DNA from: a virus | Strand: one strand, 5' to 3' | Length of the DNA stretch: 64,000 nucleotides | IMG/VR virus record: IMGVR_UViG_3300028800_000001 | Location: 263,296 to 327,295 of that record | Part shown: piece by piece, positions 42,262 to 50,410 of the stretch | How the letters are laid out: the number at the start of each line of letters is the position of its first letter | Position numbering within the stretch: the first letter of the stretch is position 1 | Made by a program: the position numbers and the translations under genes | Notes under the pieces: generated by a model | The model's database searches: none | What the model was told of the DNA's origin: nothing | What the model saw: the letters and a program-made list of their open reading frames with translations, nothing else

Positions 42262-43149
42262 TTAATAGTTCATTGGCGCACGCCAGTAATCGCAGTGATC
42301 TATCGTGCCGAGCGATTGACTGCTGAACCATCCGCCGTCGCCGTTATGCTTGCAGCGCACCAGGACGCCGTTGCCATCTTGCCAGAAGGTTTCCCATGGT
42401 TTTGAACTGTCAGAGGTAACCGCTTCTAATTGTGGGTTAACCAGTCCTGGCGGGAATAAACTGCCATCAAAGGCCGGTAACTTTTTGCACTGTGTCGCAA
42501 CACCAAAGCCGTCTTTGGCAAACCAGCTCCCGTCATTCGGTTTGGTATGCAGACACACGCTTCCATCGCTCCAGAAGCTTTGCGCATCAATATTTTGTCC
42601 AGCGTTAATGGAAACCAGCACCGCAGAAGGATCAACCCATTGCGGATGTGCAAATGGTTTACAACCGGTGACCGATGTTGCGGTATTGCCCCAAAAGGTA
42701 TTATCATGATTGCAAATGCTCATCTTGCCGTTCGGTAACAACCAGACGGATTGTGTGAGCTCGTTGTAGCCCATATTGATTGCGGCAAACGTTGCGGTAC
42801 TTGGCAGTTGCGCTGGGACGGCAAAATGATCGCAATCTGACGGATCAGCAGTAAGATTATCCCAATCATTATCGTGGTAGCAGCGAATAACGTAGCCAGC
42901 GCGAGTCGGGTCATACCAATACGACTCTGTGGTTTTACTATACTTTCCCGCACCCGCAGAGGTGACATCAGCCAACAGCAACTTTGAGGTCGCTTCCTGC
43001 TTTGTGGGTTGCTGCGTTGCGTTATGAATACAGGAACCGACACCAAAGAGCAAGAAGCCAATAACGAGACTTACCAGTATTGTGCTTATTGCTGTTTGAC
43101 AGCCTTCGCCGCTACTTGACGAGCGACGACGACCATAACGATCTTCCAT
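42262..43149 (-). CDS. membrane-anchored Cys-rich extracellular protein (295 aa)
   Basis: N-terminal TM AISTILVSLVIGFLLFGVGSCI. Many Cys/Trp/Asp/Gly in the remainder. Confidence 0.45.
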   Translation of the reverse strand: MEDRYGRRRSSSSGEGCQTAISTILVSLVIGFLLFGVGSCIHNATQQPTKQEATSKLLLADVTSAGAGKYSKTTESYWYDPTRAGYVIRCYHDNDWDNLTADPSDCDHFAVPAQLPSTATFAAINMGYNELTQSVWLLPNGKMSICNHDNTFWGNTATSVTGCKPFAHPQWVDPSAVLVSINAGQNIDAQSFWSDGSVCLHTKPNDGSWFAKDGFGVATQCKKLPAFDGSLFPPGLVNPQLEAVTSDSSKPWETFWQDGNGVLVRCKHNGDGGWFSSQSLGTIDHCDYWRAPMNY

Positions 43150-43218
43150 AAAATCTATCCTTTTTTCAAGAGAGTATTCTTTACTTTCTTCAACGTATAA
43201 TCAGATCAAAGATCAAAT

Positions 43219-43683
43219 TTAAGAATCAAAGTAAATGTGCAGTGTTGGCTCTTTGGTAAGCATGAGTGATGCCTCTTTACAGATAAAGTGCATCCAGGCG
43301 AGAATGGCTTTTTGCCGCTCCGCTGCACCTTTTTGCTGACTGTAATACGCGACTGCATCAGGGTAATCCTCATCGCAGCCTGCGATGATTTCGTTAAGCA
43401 GCGTGAGAAATTTGGGAGTGATCGCAAGGAATACGTTGTTCGTAGCCTCTTCCCACGGACCACCGTAGATGTAATCTTCCAGGCTTTTCCCTTTTGCATT
43501 TTCAACCATGAGCACATCGCCCATTTCGTGCTCCAAGATGTTGATTTCGTTTTCTTTTCCAGCGAAGATTGAAAATCCTAACTCTTTGGTTTTTGTGCAG
43601 GACATAGGTTCGATAACGCTCTGACGATGATTGTCCGTAGTTTCTAAAACAAGGTTGCCAACGCTGATCGTGACAAGGCTCAT
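43219..43683 (-). CDS. hypothetical protein (154 aa)
   Basis: ORF track. Confidence 0.4.
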   Translation of the reverse strand: MSLVTISVGNLVLETTDNHRQSVIEPMSCTKTKELGFSIFAGKENEINILEHEMGDVLMVENAKGKSLEDYIYGGPWEEATNNVFLAITPKFLTLLNEIIAGCDEDYPDAVAYYSQQKGAAERQKAILAWMHFICKEASLMLTKEPTLHIYFDS

Positions 43684-44486
43684 AGCTGTACTCCTTTATT
43701 ATTTGCTGTGCGCACTCGTACTAAAAAATCCTCTAAAGTCTTTTTCGTCTCTTGCGCGGTGAAATCTGGCAGGCTGCTCAGCGCCTTGCATTCTTCTAGA
43801 TAGTTATAGAAGTGCTCAAGCGTGCGTTCATGTTCCCAACATGCCTGTTTTTCTATCCCCTCTATCCCTTCTTTGCGATACGCAAGTAGCGTTTGTATTG
43901 TGGGCACATCATATTCTTCTGCGAGCGTTGGGAGGCAATACTCAAGGGAACCAGAGCGCATCAGGTGAACGGCCATCAGTAGACAGCGATAGCAATGCAA
44001 CAACTTCTTCACGTCGTTGAGCTGCATACGTTTCTGTTGATTAAATGCCATGCCCCGATAATGATCAGCGCAGCGCTTCGAAAAACAACCAACAGCCAAT
44101 TTTTTGAGTTCCTGGTGCGCAGCTCCACTCACCAGTGGATCAGGTGTATAGAGGTCTTCGAGCGCGCTTCCGTTTCCTTTGATGAGTAAAAGCAGGTGTT
44201 TCTTCAGGTCGTGGGTCACCACTTCTAGATTCTCTTCTGGACGCTTTATCTCGATAGTATCGCCACCAGAAGGGAAGCCAAGTACATGCTCTAATGGAAG
44301 GCAATGCACGCCGTGAAAGTCTTGATCGGAAAACGATCCTTGCATGCCATAGAGGTGTGAACCGGAAAGCCCTAAGAATAAAATGGGGTATGGGTGGTCT
44401 AACTTCATAAAAGATCTCCTACAAAAAGTATTCAATATTACATTCACCTTGATGAAAGGTGAACTCCATCGGGCCAGCCTCATCAT
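43680..44486 (-). CDS. Pol-beta superfamily nucleotidyltransferase (268 aa)
   Basis: hG[GS]x9-13[DE]h[DE]h signature: LFLGLSGSHLYGMQGSFSDQDFHGV. Confidence 0.5.
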   Translation of the reverse strand: MMRLARWSSPFIKVNVILNTFCRRSFMKLDHPYPILFLGLSGSHLYGMQGSFSDQDFHGVHCLPLEHVLGFPSGGDTIEIKRPEENLEVVTHDLKKHLLLLIKGNGSALEDLYTPDPLVSGAAHQELKKLAVGCFSKRCADHYRGMAFNQQKRMQLNDVKKLLHCYRCLLMAVHLMRSGSLEYCLPTLAEEYDVPTIQTLLAYRKEGIEGIEKQACWEHERTLEHFYNYLEECKALSSLPDFTAQETKKTLEDFLVRVRTANNKGVQL

Positions 44487-44751
44487 CCAGGGTCAGCTTG
44501 CTGCCCTCTTGGACGTAAGGGGCAAGAAGAATGAAAAAGAGCTCAAGAAATGCCCCGTTACCATTGTGGCCTTGCACCGTCAGTTTATTTTTATGGACGG
44601 CAAAGGTGAAGTCCCAGGCCGTGAAGAAGTCTTCAACAGTCCTGGCCTGAGACAGCGCAGTATTGGTGCGGTGAAACTGTGTAAAGAGTTTTTGCTCAAT
44701 CGCGTCACGTTCGTCAAGATTGAGCAAAAAAGCATTGGTCGCAATGTTCAT
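44419..44751 (-). CDS. hypothetical protein, tandem paralogue of 44751..45104 (110 aa)
   Basis: Shared FF(E/I)(V/L)LAPYVQ(N/E) motif. Confidence 0.35.
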   Translation of the reverse strand: MNIATNAFLLNLDERDAIEQKLFTQFHRTNTALSQARTVEDFFTAWDFTFAVHKNKLTVQGHNGNGAFLELFFILLAPYVQEGSKLTLDDEAGPMEFTFHQGECNIEYFL

Positions 44752-45104
44752 TAAAAGTATCTCTTTTCCAGGGTGAGATACGCCATCGTCACTTCGCCGT
44801 CACGAAATTCGATACGCATTGGCGTTTCGTCTTTTGCCCATACCAGTAAGAAACAGTTTTGCACATAAGGGGCAAGTACTTCGAAGAAGGTGCGCAGTCC
44901 ACTGCCGTATTGGTCTTTTATTTCGGTGATATAGACGTTATTTTCAAGAATCACCGTCTTGATTCCGTAGAAAGTGAAAAAGTCAGCAATGGTATCCTTA
45001 TGCTTTGGCTCATGCGAGAGTCTACGTGCGTAAGCTAAAAGTGCAAGATATAATTCTGGGAAACGCTCGTTACTGAGTACGAAAGTATTCTGTAGTAAAA
45101 TCAT
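44751..45104 (-). CDS. hypothetical protein, tandem paralogue (117 aa)
   Basis: FFEVLAPYVQNCFLLVWAKDETPMRIEFRDGEVTMAYL. Confidence 0.4.
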   Translation of the reverse strand: MILLQNTFVLSNERFPELYLALLAYARRLSHEPKHKDTIADFFTFYGIKTVILENNVYITEIKDQYGSGLRTFFEVLAPYVQNCFLLVWAKDETPMRIEFRDGEVTMAYLTLEKRYF

Positions 45105-45820
45105 AGATTTAATTCCTTTAGTTTTTCTTCAAACAGCGTGTTGCGCTCTGCCGTCAGTCCAATAACTTGATAGCCTCCAAGGTCTTCGTCAGGTTCCAAA
45201 AGTGCCACTGCGTTTCCGTAAGGTGGATCATCAGGCGTACACAACCGGTAATGATAGACGCCGTATTCAACACCATCAACGGTGACATCAATTGTGTCTT
45301 TCCCCCAGATACAGAGCTCCACCGTATGCTTTGGGTTGTCAAAGCGGAGTGTGCGTGCTGCGTCTTCTCGCAGGGCGTTAAGATGCTCTTCAACGTCTTC
45401 GAGATAAGGTTGTGGGTCAACAGGATAGCGCGCTAAGAGTGTTCTCGCCTGTTCTACTGAAGTACACCAGAAGAGGTTCGCCTCAGTGACCGTTCCGTTA
45501 TCGCTCACACGGATTAAAACATTGCGTTCATCATCGCTATCTTCATCAACGACCACAAGCAACTGCTCGTCATCACGGCAGGCCAGTAAGCGTTCACGTG
45601 CATCGCTGTAGTTGCGCTCTGCCATCCAACCAAGTTTGCTTGCCTCTTGGAGTGTTCTCGGTGGTGTCGCATTCTTAATAGGATTGCGAAGCAAAAATGC
45701 GCGTGCTTCACGCTCCCAGTGAGCAGAAAATGTTTGTTGGCTCAGCCAGTGCACATAATTGCGTGGCACCGCGCTCAGCCCTTTGCCTTTGTGTTTTCCA
45801 AACGGAAGTAGTTCTTCCAT
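45101..45820 (-). CDS. DUF3820-like protein (239 aa)
   Basis: N-terminal LPFGKHKGKGLSAVPRNYVHWL matches the conserved PFGK(Y/H)KGK.L..(I/V)P..Y..WL motif. Confidence 0.4.
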   Translation of the reverse strand: MEELLPFGKHKGKGLSAVPRNYVHWLSQQTFSAHWEREARAFLLRNPIKNATPPRTLQEASKLGWMAERNYSDARERLLACRDDEQLLVVVDEDSDDERNVLIRVSDNGTVTEANLFWCTSVEQARTLLARYPVDPQPYLEDVEEHLNALREDAARTLRFDNPKHTVELCIWGKDTIDVTVDGVEYGVYHYRLCTPDDPPYGNAVALLEPDEDLGGYQVIGLTAERNTLFEEKLKELNL

Positions 45821-45829
45821 ACGACTCCT

Positions 45830-46291
45830 TTAGAGAAAAATGAGATCAGTCTCGGTCACGCTTTCTGATTGCATAACAGTTAAGCGAGCGAGATCAAACG
45901 CTGGGTCTTTATACCCATCAAACATCGCAAAACGGCGTACCACGCGGTTGTCGTACGCCATCTCTGGCACGAGCTCCAGGTACAGGATGCAATCGTCGTA
46001 GGCGTATGGTACCCACAGCCAGACGTAGCCGACGAGCTTGCCGTTGATGACGAGCGGATACTGTGTGTCTTCTTCGTACACCTTTGGACTAGTGGGGAGC
46101 GCATCGATTTTTCTAAAGTAGCGCTCTTCTTCAATGGTTAACCGCGCTACCACCTGACGACCTGTCCAGGCCCAAGGGAACGAACCGTCGCTGTTGCGTT
46201 TGTACTTTGCGGTGTTCTTCATGAGACGCGCACAAGAATTGGCGAACGTTTGGATAATTCTTTCGGAAACGGCGCTATCGGTTGTAAACAT
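45830..46291 (-). CDS. hypothetical protein (153 aa)
   Basis: ORF track. Confidence 0.4.
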   Translation of the reverse strand: MFTTDSAVSERIIQTFANSCARLMKNTAKYKRNSDGSFPWAWTGRQVVARLTIEEERYFRKIDALPTSPKVYEEDTQYPLVINGKLVGYVWLWVPYAYDDCILYLELVPEMAYDNRVVRRFAMFDGYKDPAFDLARLTVMQSESVTETDLIFL

Positions 46292-46292
46292 G

Positions 46293-46592
46293 CTAGACCT
46301 CCTGGTTGTACTGGTTGAAATAACCGTTAATTTTTTCGAGAGAAGAAAACCAGAGATATGCGGCGTTTTGGCCGTCGATCTGTGCTTTTCTACAGAAGGT
46401 TGGAGCGAGCGCTTTGACTACATCCACCTGAACGTTTAACTGCATCACACGGTACAGACGCTCTTGCTCGTGCCAGTAGTAGGCGCTTCCGTCTTCTTCC
46501 TGCCAGACCTGTATCTTAAACTGACGCATGATCAGGTGTGCGGTCGCGGTCATATCCTCTGGTGCTTGTGCGTTCTTTGGAAGTTTATTCAT
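46293..46592 (-). CDS. hypothetical protein (start adjusted to MNKLPKNAQAP, 99 aa)
   Basis: The minus-strand promoter TTGACG-N17-TATACT lies inside the ORF-track N-terminus. RBS CAAGGAG precedes the ATG at 46592. Confidence 0.4.
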   Translation of the reverse strand: MNKLPKNAQAPEDMTATAHLIMRQFKIQVWQEEDGSAYYWHEQERLYRVMQLNVQVDVVKALAPTFCRKAQIDGQNAAYLWFSSLEKINGYFNQYNQEV

Positions 46593-46616
46593 TGCTCTTT
46601 TTCTCCTTGAATGTTT

Positions 46617-46728
46617 TCGTTTATTTCTTATACAGGAAGTATAGCTGAAAGGCGCTTCTACGTCAAGTATTTTTACCATGTATTTTCAGAAAAAAGAGGT
46701 TGACAGCCAAAAAAGTCTCTGCTATACT
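46617..46728. promoter_or_regulatory. back-to-back divergent sigma70-type promoters sharing the TGTATTTTCAGAA element
   Basis: Minus promoter: TTGACG (+46662-46667 revcomp), N17, TATACT. Plus promoter: TTGACA 46700-46705, N17 (gccaaaaaagtctctgc), TATACT 46723-46728. Confidence 0.55.
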
Positions 46729-46734
46729 AAGGAC

Positions 46735-47017
46735 TCAAGACTGGTGGCTAAGGCTCTTGCGGGTTGCTTCCCAATAAGAGAGTTGAAGGTGCGAAGAGAT
46801 AGAACGGTAGGGACTGTTTCTGCGGGGGTCGAAATGGAAACTATCAACGCGGAGCCACTCTCTTCCGTAGTAGGGCAGATGGTGTTTTTCTTGAAGACGG
46901 ACAGCAGGCGTTGAGAGAGAAATATCTTTGTTCCCAGGCACCGACCTGGAAAACGGTAGAGCAAAAAGCTTGCTCGGCAGAAAAGAACCTATAAATTATA
47001 GGTTCTTTTCTTTTTTG
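46735..47017 (+). ncRNA. candidate ~280-nt noncoding RNA, promoter-to-terminator unit with no convincing ORF
   Basis: Near-consensus promoter upstream and a strong intrinsic terminator at the end. Only a 26-codon ORF (METINAEPLSSVVGQMVFFLKTDSRR) with a weak SD lies inside. G-rich segments are capable of pairing (CTCTT...AAGAG; GGCTAAGGCTC...GCGGAGCC). Confidence 0.4.
46981..47017. terminator. intrinsic terminator (aaaagaacctata-aat-tataggttctttt then cttttttg), probably bidirectional
   Basis: 13-bp perfect stem, 3-nt loop and a T-run on the plus strand. The A-run on the other side also serves the minus-strand gene ending at 46996. Confidence 0.55.
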
Positions 47018-47340
47018 CCAGCGTAGTACGCACCATCACGCAACATTGTGCGTACTACTTTTTGGCAGGCAGTGCATTGATGCTTGCGCACGAGTATCAC
47101 ATGTGGTGTTATGACACCGCTGGCATTTATGCTATTTTGATCCCACTGCTCTTCTGCAAGAAAAACAAATTCGTGCGGTCCTTTCCCTTTCTTGCAGAAA
47201 TCTTTGGGATACTTTGCTGGGTGCCTTGGCAATTCTTCAGCCATCATGGAAACGAGTATATCATTTTTTGGGTGGCTTTGCTTTGGGAGCGGTTTTATCA
47301 CGATTATCAATCGTGCCATATTTTTCTTTATTAGGGGCAA
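46996..47340 (-). CDS. hypothetical protein (114 aa); reading frame uncertain
   Basis: ORF track. A strong RBS+ATG (TAAGGAGGATTATTATG, ATG at 47380) instead opens a 39-codon Lys/Pro-rich frame. Confidence 0.25.
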   Translation of the reverse strand: MPLIKKNMARLIIVIKPLPKQSHPKNDILVSMMAEELPRHPAKYPKDFCKKGKGPHEFVFLAEEQWDQNSINASGVITPHVILVRKHQCTACQKVVRTMLRDGAYYAGKKEKNL

Positions 47341-47391
47341 GACGCATATCGGGCGCGGTTGCCTTTTTGGGTTTTCCCATAATAATCCTCC

Positions 47392-47562
47392 TTATGCTTT
47401 CGCGCCAAGCGCATAAATGATAGCGGCAACGAGTGCGAGCACTGCGACGATACCATAGATGATTGCGTGCACGTATTGGCGTGCCATTCCGGCAGTGATC
47501 GCGATATCACCGCAGCGAACAGTAATAAAGACAAGCATGACAAAAAGTGGTTGTACGAGCAT
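47392..47562 (-). CDS. small 2-TM membrane protein (56 aa), holin-like, translationally coupled to the endolysin gene; below the ORF-track cutoff
   Basis: Minus-strand MLVQPLFVMLVFITVRCGDIAITAGMARQYVHAIIYGIVAVLALVAAIIYALGAKA. Its ATG lies 2 nt after the endolysin stop (TAATCATG). Confidence 0.4.
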   Translation of the reverse strand: MLVQPLFVMLVFITVRCGDIAITAGMARQYVHAIIYGIVAVLALVAAIIYALGAKA

Positions 47563-47564
47563 GA

Positions 47565-48704
47565 TTAGTTTCCTGTAAACTCTGAAGGGACGACATTTTG
47601 TGTTGATTTGAGTAATTCTTCCAGGTAACTGAGCACTTCGGTTGAGGTGATCTTTTGCGTTGTCGGCTGATTCGCCTGTAATGCACTCAGTTCTTTGGAA
47701 AGTGCGGTTGCGTTGGCGATAGCTGCGTCACGCTGTTGTTGCAAAATAACCATTTGTTTGCTCGTATCAGTCAGTGTTTGCTGGAGTGTTGCTGCTTGCT
47801 TTTGAAAGTTGGCCGCTTCTTCGGCTTCCTTAAAGAGATTGTCAATATGCGTCATATAGCAGTTGCTTGCCCCTGGAGGACTATCAAGCAGGTGGGAAGG
47901 GTCATAACTGATTTCACCGCGTTCAAAACGCTGTCGCGTTGCAGTACGGCCCTGATGATCAACAACAGAATGTCCAACATTGTCGAGTGCTTTCTCTTCG
48001 TTGCTTATTGGCAGGCCAAGGAGCGTAATGCCGTTGAGGCCAATATTGCCGACGTTTTGATAAAAGGCGAGAATATCGCCTCCAAGAAAGCAGCCATTCT
48101 TTTTGCATTGCCAGCGATTTGTGCCAACCAACTTAAAATAATTGGCAACAACAGGATTTCCGATATCAAGCATGGTATTTGCTCCTAAGAAGGTGAAGAG
48201 GCCGTCCCACGGGTACGTACCTGGGCAGTCGCGTCTGCTGACAGGATCGATAGAAAAGTGGCCGGTGATACCGCCTGTGGCGTCGGCTTTACGCGTCGGA
48301 ATATTCCAGCGCTGACAAATATGTTTAATGAGTGTAAAACTTGCCTGCTGCTGTTGTGGGGTGAGTGCGAGGCCATTGGTGACGTTATTGACGTGTTCAA
48401 TAGAGATAGTAACTAAGTTAGGATTGATTGACCACCAGGAATCCGCGCCTGCGGTAATCACCCCGTTTGCCCATGCCGCGTCATGTTCGCTGACGCATTG
48501 CACAATAATTCCATCACGTCCAACGACGTAGTGAGCTGAGACTTGCGATGCAGGGTTGGCAAAATAGTTGGCAATATTTTGTGCGGTTGGATCGCCTTGT
48601 GATCCGGTACCATGCAAAATAAGATGTGTAGGGCTGTGCCCATAGCGATTCGTCCACATATTTGCTGTTGGTATCCAGAGCGCTCCTGGTTCGTCCATGA
48701 TCAT
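47565..48704 (-). CDS. endolysin: N-acetylmuramoyl-L-alanine amidase (Amidase_2/PGRP) N-terminal domain plus C-terminal binding/coiled-coil region (379 aa)
   Basis: THLILHGTG, AHYVVGRDG, AAWANG and SIEHVNN are typical Amidase_2 zinc-amidase blocks. RBS GGGAGA. Confidence 0.7.
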   Translation of the reverse strand: MIMDEPGALWIPTANMWTNRYGHSPTHLILHGTGSQGDPTAQNIANYFANPASQVSAHYVVGRDGIIVQCVSEHDAAWANGVITAGADSWWSINPNLVTISIEHVNNVTNGLALTPQQQQASFTLIKHICQRWNIPTRKADATGGITGHFSIDPVSRRDCPGTYPWDGLFTFLGANTMLDIGNPVVANYFKLVGTNRWQCKKNGCFLGGDILAFYQNVGNIGLNGITLLGLPISNEEKALDNVGHSVVDHQGRTATRQRFERGEISYDPSHLLDSPPGASNCYMTHIDNLFKEAEEAANFQKQAATLQQTLTDTSKQMVILQQQRDAAIANATALSKELSALQANQPTTQKITSTEVLSYLEELLKSTQNVVPSEFTGN

Positions 48705-48721
48705 TCTCCCAAAACAAAAAA

Positions 48722-48760
48722 AGAGTAGAGAAACAAAAAGTAAATTTGTTTCTCTACTCT
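48722..48760. terminator. hairpin terminator (agagtagagaaaca...tgtttctctactct) flanked by A- and T-runs
   Basis: 14-bp stem. On the minus strand it is followed by TTTTTTTGTTTTGGGAGA immediately before the endolysin start. Confidence 0.4.
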
Positions 48761-48948
48761 GAATATTTTTTATTTTTTAGCGCGTTGTAATTTTAGTGTG
48801 ATAGAGTACATGCTGCTGATAGTGACGACGTAAGAAAGAAAGTACAAGTGAACACAAAACATAGAGCATGATAACGGTCACGGTAACTCCTCGCACTGAG
48901 TTCTGTCCCTAGTATACCAGTTTCCTGTGCCTCCTGCAAAGAGGGGGG

Positions 48949-49236
48949 TTACTTATATGTCACGTCGTGGCGCATTGAACTGGTGTACTGCGCACACAGC
49001 GTATCCTTTTTCTCGTCTAACTCACGAAGTGCCTTTTCGCAGCGCTCTATTTCTTCGTTGTACAGTTTCAGCGTAAAATCTGTAAGCTCTTGAGAGGTGA
49101 CGACCTTTGGTAACGCTTCTTTGAATTGCTGGATCGTGGCTATTCTTCTCTTAATTTCTTGTCCTTTGCTGTCTAGCGCGCTGAGGAGCAATTCAAACAT
49201 TTCGTTATCAACCACTATTGATCTACCTTCCTGCAT
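48949..49236 (-). CDS. hypothetical coiled-coil protein (95 aa)
   Basis: ORF track. Confidence 0.35.
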   Translation of the reverse strand: MQEGRSIVVDNEMFELLLSALDSKGQEIKRRIATIQQFKEALPKVVTSQELTDFTLKLYNEEIERCEKALRELDEKKDTLCAQYTSSMRHDVTYK

Positions 49237-49843
49237 AGCCTTTTTCCCTTCGTTGCATATTGATCAACTCTTCGACGGACTCCAGGTGTTCCGTACGTTT
49301 CTTTAGGTGCTCTATTTCGTGAAGGATAGCGCGCATCACACTATCATGACCGCTGCCTTTCAAAGGCGTGTCGTCTTGGAGTGTCTGATAGGCACTTTGG
49401 AGCGCTTCGCTTTCGCTATAGAGCTGTGCGCGCATGCTTCCAAGCGCTACGAGCAGATCTCGTGTGGTCTCGTCGTCTTCAACATAAAACGTGTATTCGT
49501 ATTGCATTGGTGTATCTTTTCTCACCTTCGGGGTGTAGCGAAAGTAAAACCTTGGATAATAATCATCATCATAGTTGGTGCCAAACTCCAGCCAGATATG
49601 TTTATCGTAGGTATCAATGAGTTCATAGCCGTCTCCAAAAGAACCGACAACGCGAACGTTCGCAAAGGCAAAACCGGAGAAAATGAGGCCGCTTGCATCG
49701 TGGCTCGAAACAGTCTCCAGATACGAACGGTAGCCATCGGAGGGGTCTTCTACTACTTCCCAGACACTCTGTCCCAATTTAAAACATTGGTTATCTATCC
49801 CATAAAAGGGATAGCTTTTTCCAACTATCTCATTAAATTCCAT
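49223..49843 (-). CDS. hypothetical protein (206 aa)
   Basis: ORF track. Confidence 0.4.
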   Translation of the reverse strand: MEFNEIVGKSYPFYGIDNQCFKLGQSVWEVVEDPSDGYRSYLETVSSHDASGLIFSGFAFANVRVVGSFGDGYELIDTYDKHIWLEFGTNYDDDYYPRFYFRYTPKVRKDTPMQYEYTFYVEDDETTRDLLVALGSMRAQLYSESEALQSAYQTLQDDTPLKGSGHDSVMRAILHEIEHLKKRTEHLESVEELINMQRREKGYAGR

Positions 49844-49857
49844 GACCTCTTCCTCCT

Positions 49858-50295
49858 TTATTTTTTAAGCAGCTTGTTCGCAAACGAACAATGTAGCAAA
49901 CTTGCGATCTTCTCTGGCGTCAAGGCAGCGACACGACTTGCAGCCGGTGGTGCGCCTGGGCGATGAATTTTCCAGTGCACTTCGACAATGCGTCCATCAG
50001 AAAGTACATAATGATAAACCTCTTCTGGATGCTTTGGAGGCGTCACTTGGTACAGCTCGTCTTTAAACTCAAAGATAATTTTATCTTGCACAATCTCTCG
50101 TGCCAGGATGCCATCGCCAAAGACGGCTGCAAGTGTTTGCCAATCAAGCCCCTGCGCTTCTAAAAGCTCAGAAACAATAGGTGGGTGGGTTTCAATCCAA
50201 CTTACTCCAAAGATGCGATAGTCTGGGAAGATAATATACGGTGTTCCTACGGTATCCAGTTCGTAGGTTTTCCCACCATATTCAAATGTAGTCAT
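49858..50295 (-). CDS. hypothetical protein (start adjusted to MTTFEYGGK, 145 aa)
   Basis: Minus-strand promoter TTGACT-N17-TATACT and RBS AAAGGGGAA lie inside the ORF-track N-terminus. Confidence 0.4.
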   Translation of the reverse strand: MTTFEYGGKTYELDTVGTPYIIFPDYRIFGVSWIETHPPIVSELLEAQGLDWQTLAAVFGDGILAREIVQDKIIFEFKDELYQVTPPKHPEEVYHYVLSDGRIVEVHWKIHRPGAPPAASRVAALTPEKIASLLHCSFANKLLKK

Positions 50296-50410
50296 ACGGT
50301 TCCCCTTTCTTGTACTAATCCAGGGAAGTATAGACAGTTCTCTTGTGAAAGTCAAGAAAATATTCTTTGTATTTTCAGAAAAATAAAAAAGAGCTTCAAA
50401 AGAAGCTCTC
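50296..50410 (-). promoter_or_regulatory. terminator hairpin (gagcttc-tttt-gaagctc + T-run), then TTCTGAAAATACA element, then sigma70 promoter (TTGACT-N17-TATACT) on the minus strand
   Basis: Minus reading: ...gagcttcttttgaagctcttttttatttttctgaaaatacaaagaatattttcTTGACTttcacaagagaactgtcTATACTtcc. Confidence 0.5.

Noticed and set aside
47331-47543. 70-aa ORF from the track as the gene next to the endolysin
   Set aside because: It overlaps a better candidate in another frame (47392..47562), which is translationally coupled to the endolysin stop and encodes two clean TM helices. The 70-aa product is Ser/Cys-rich with no membrane or other signature.
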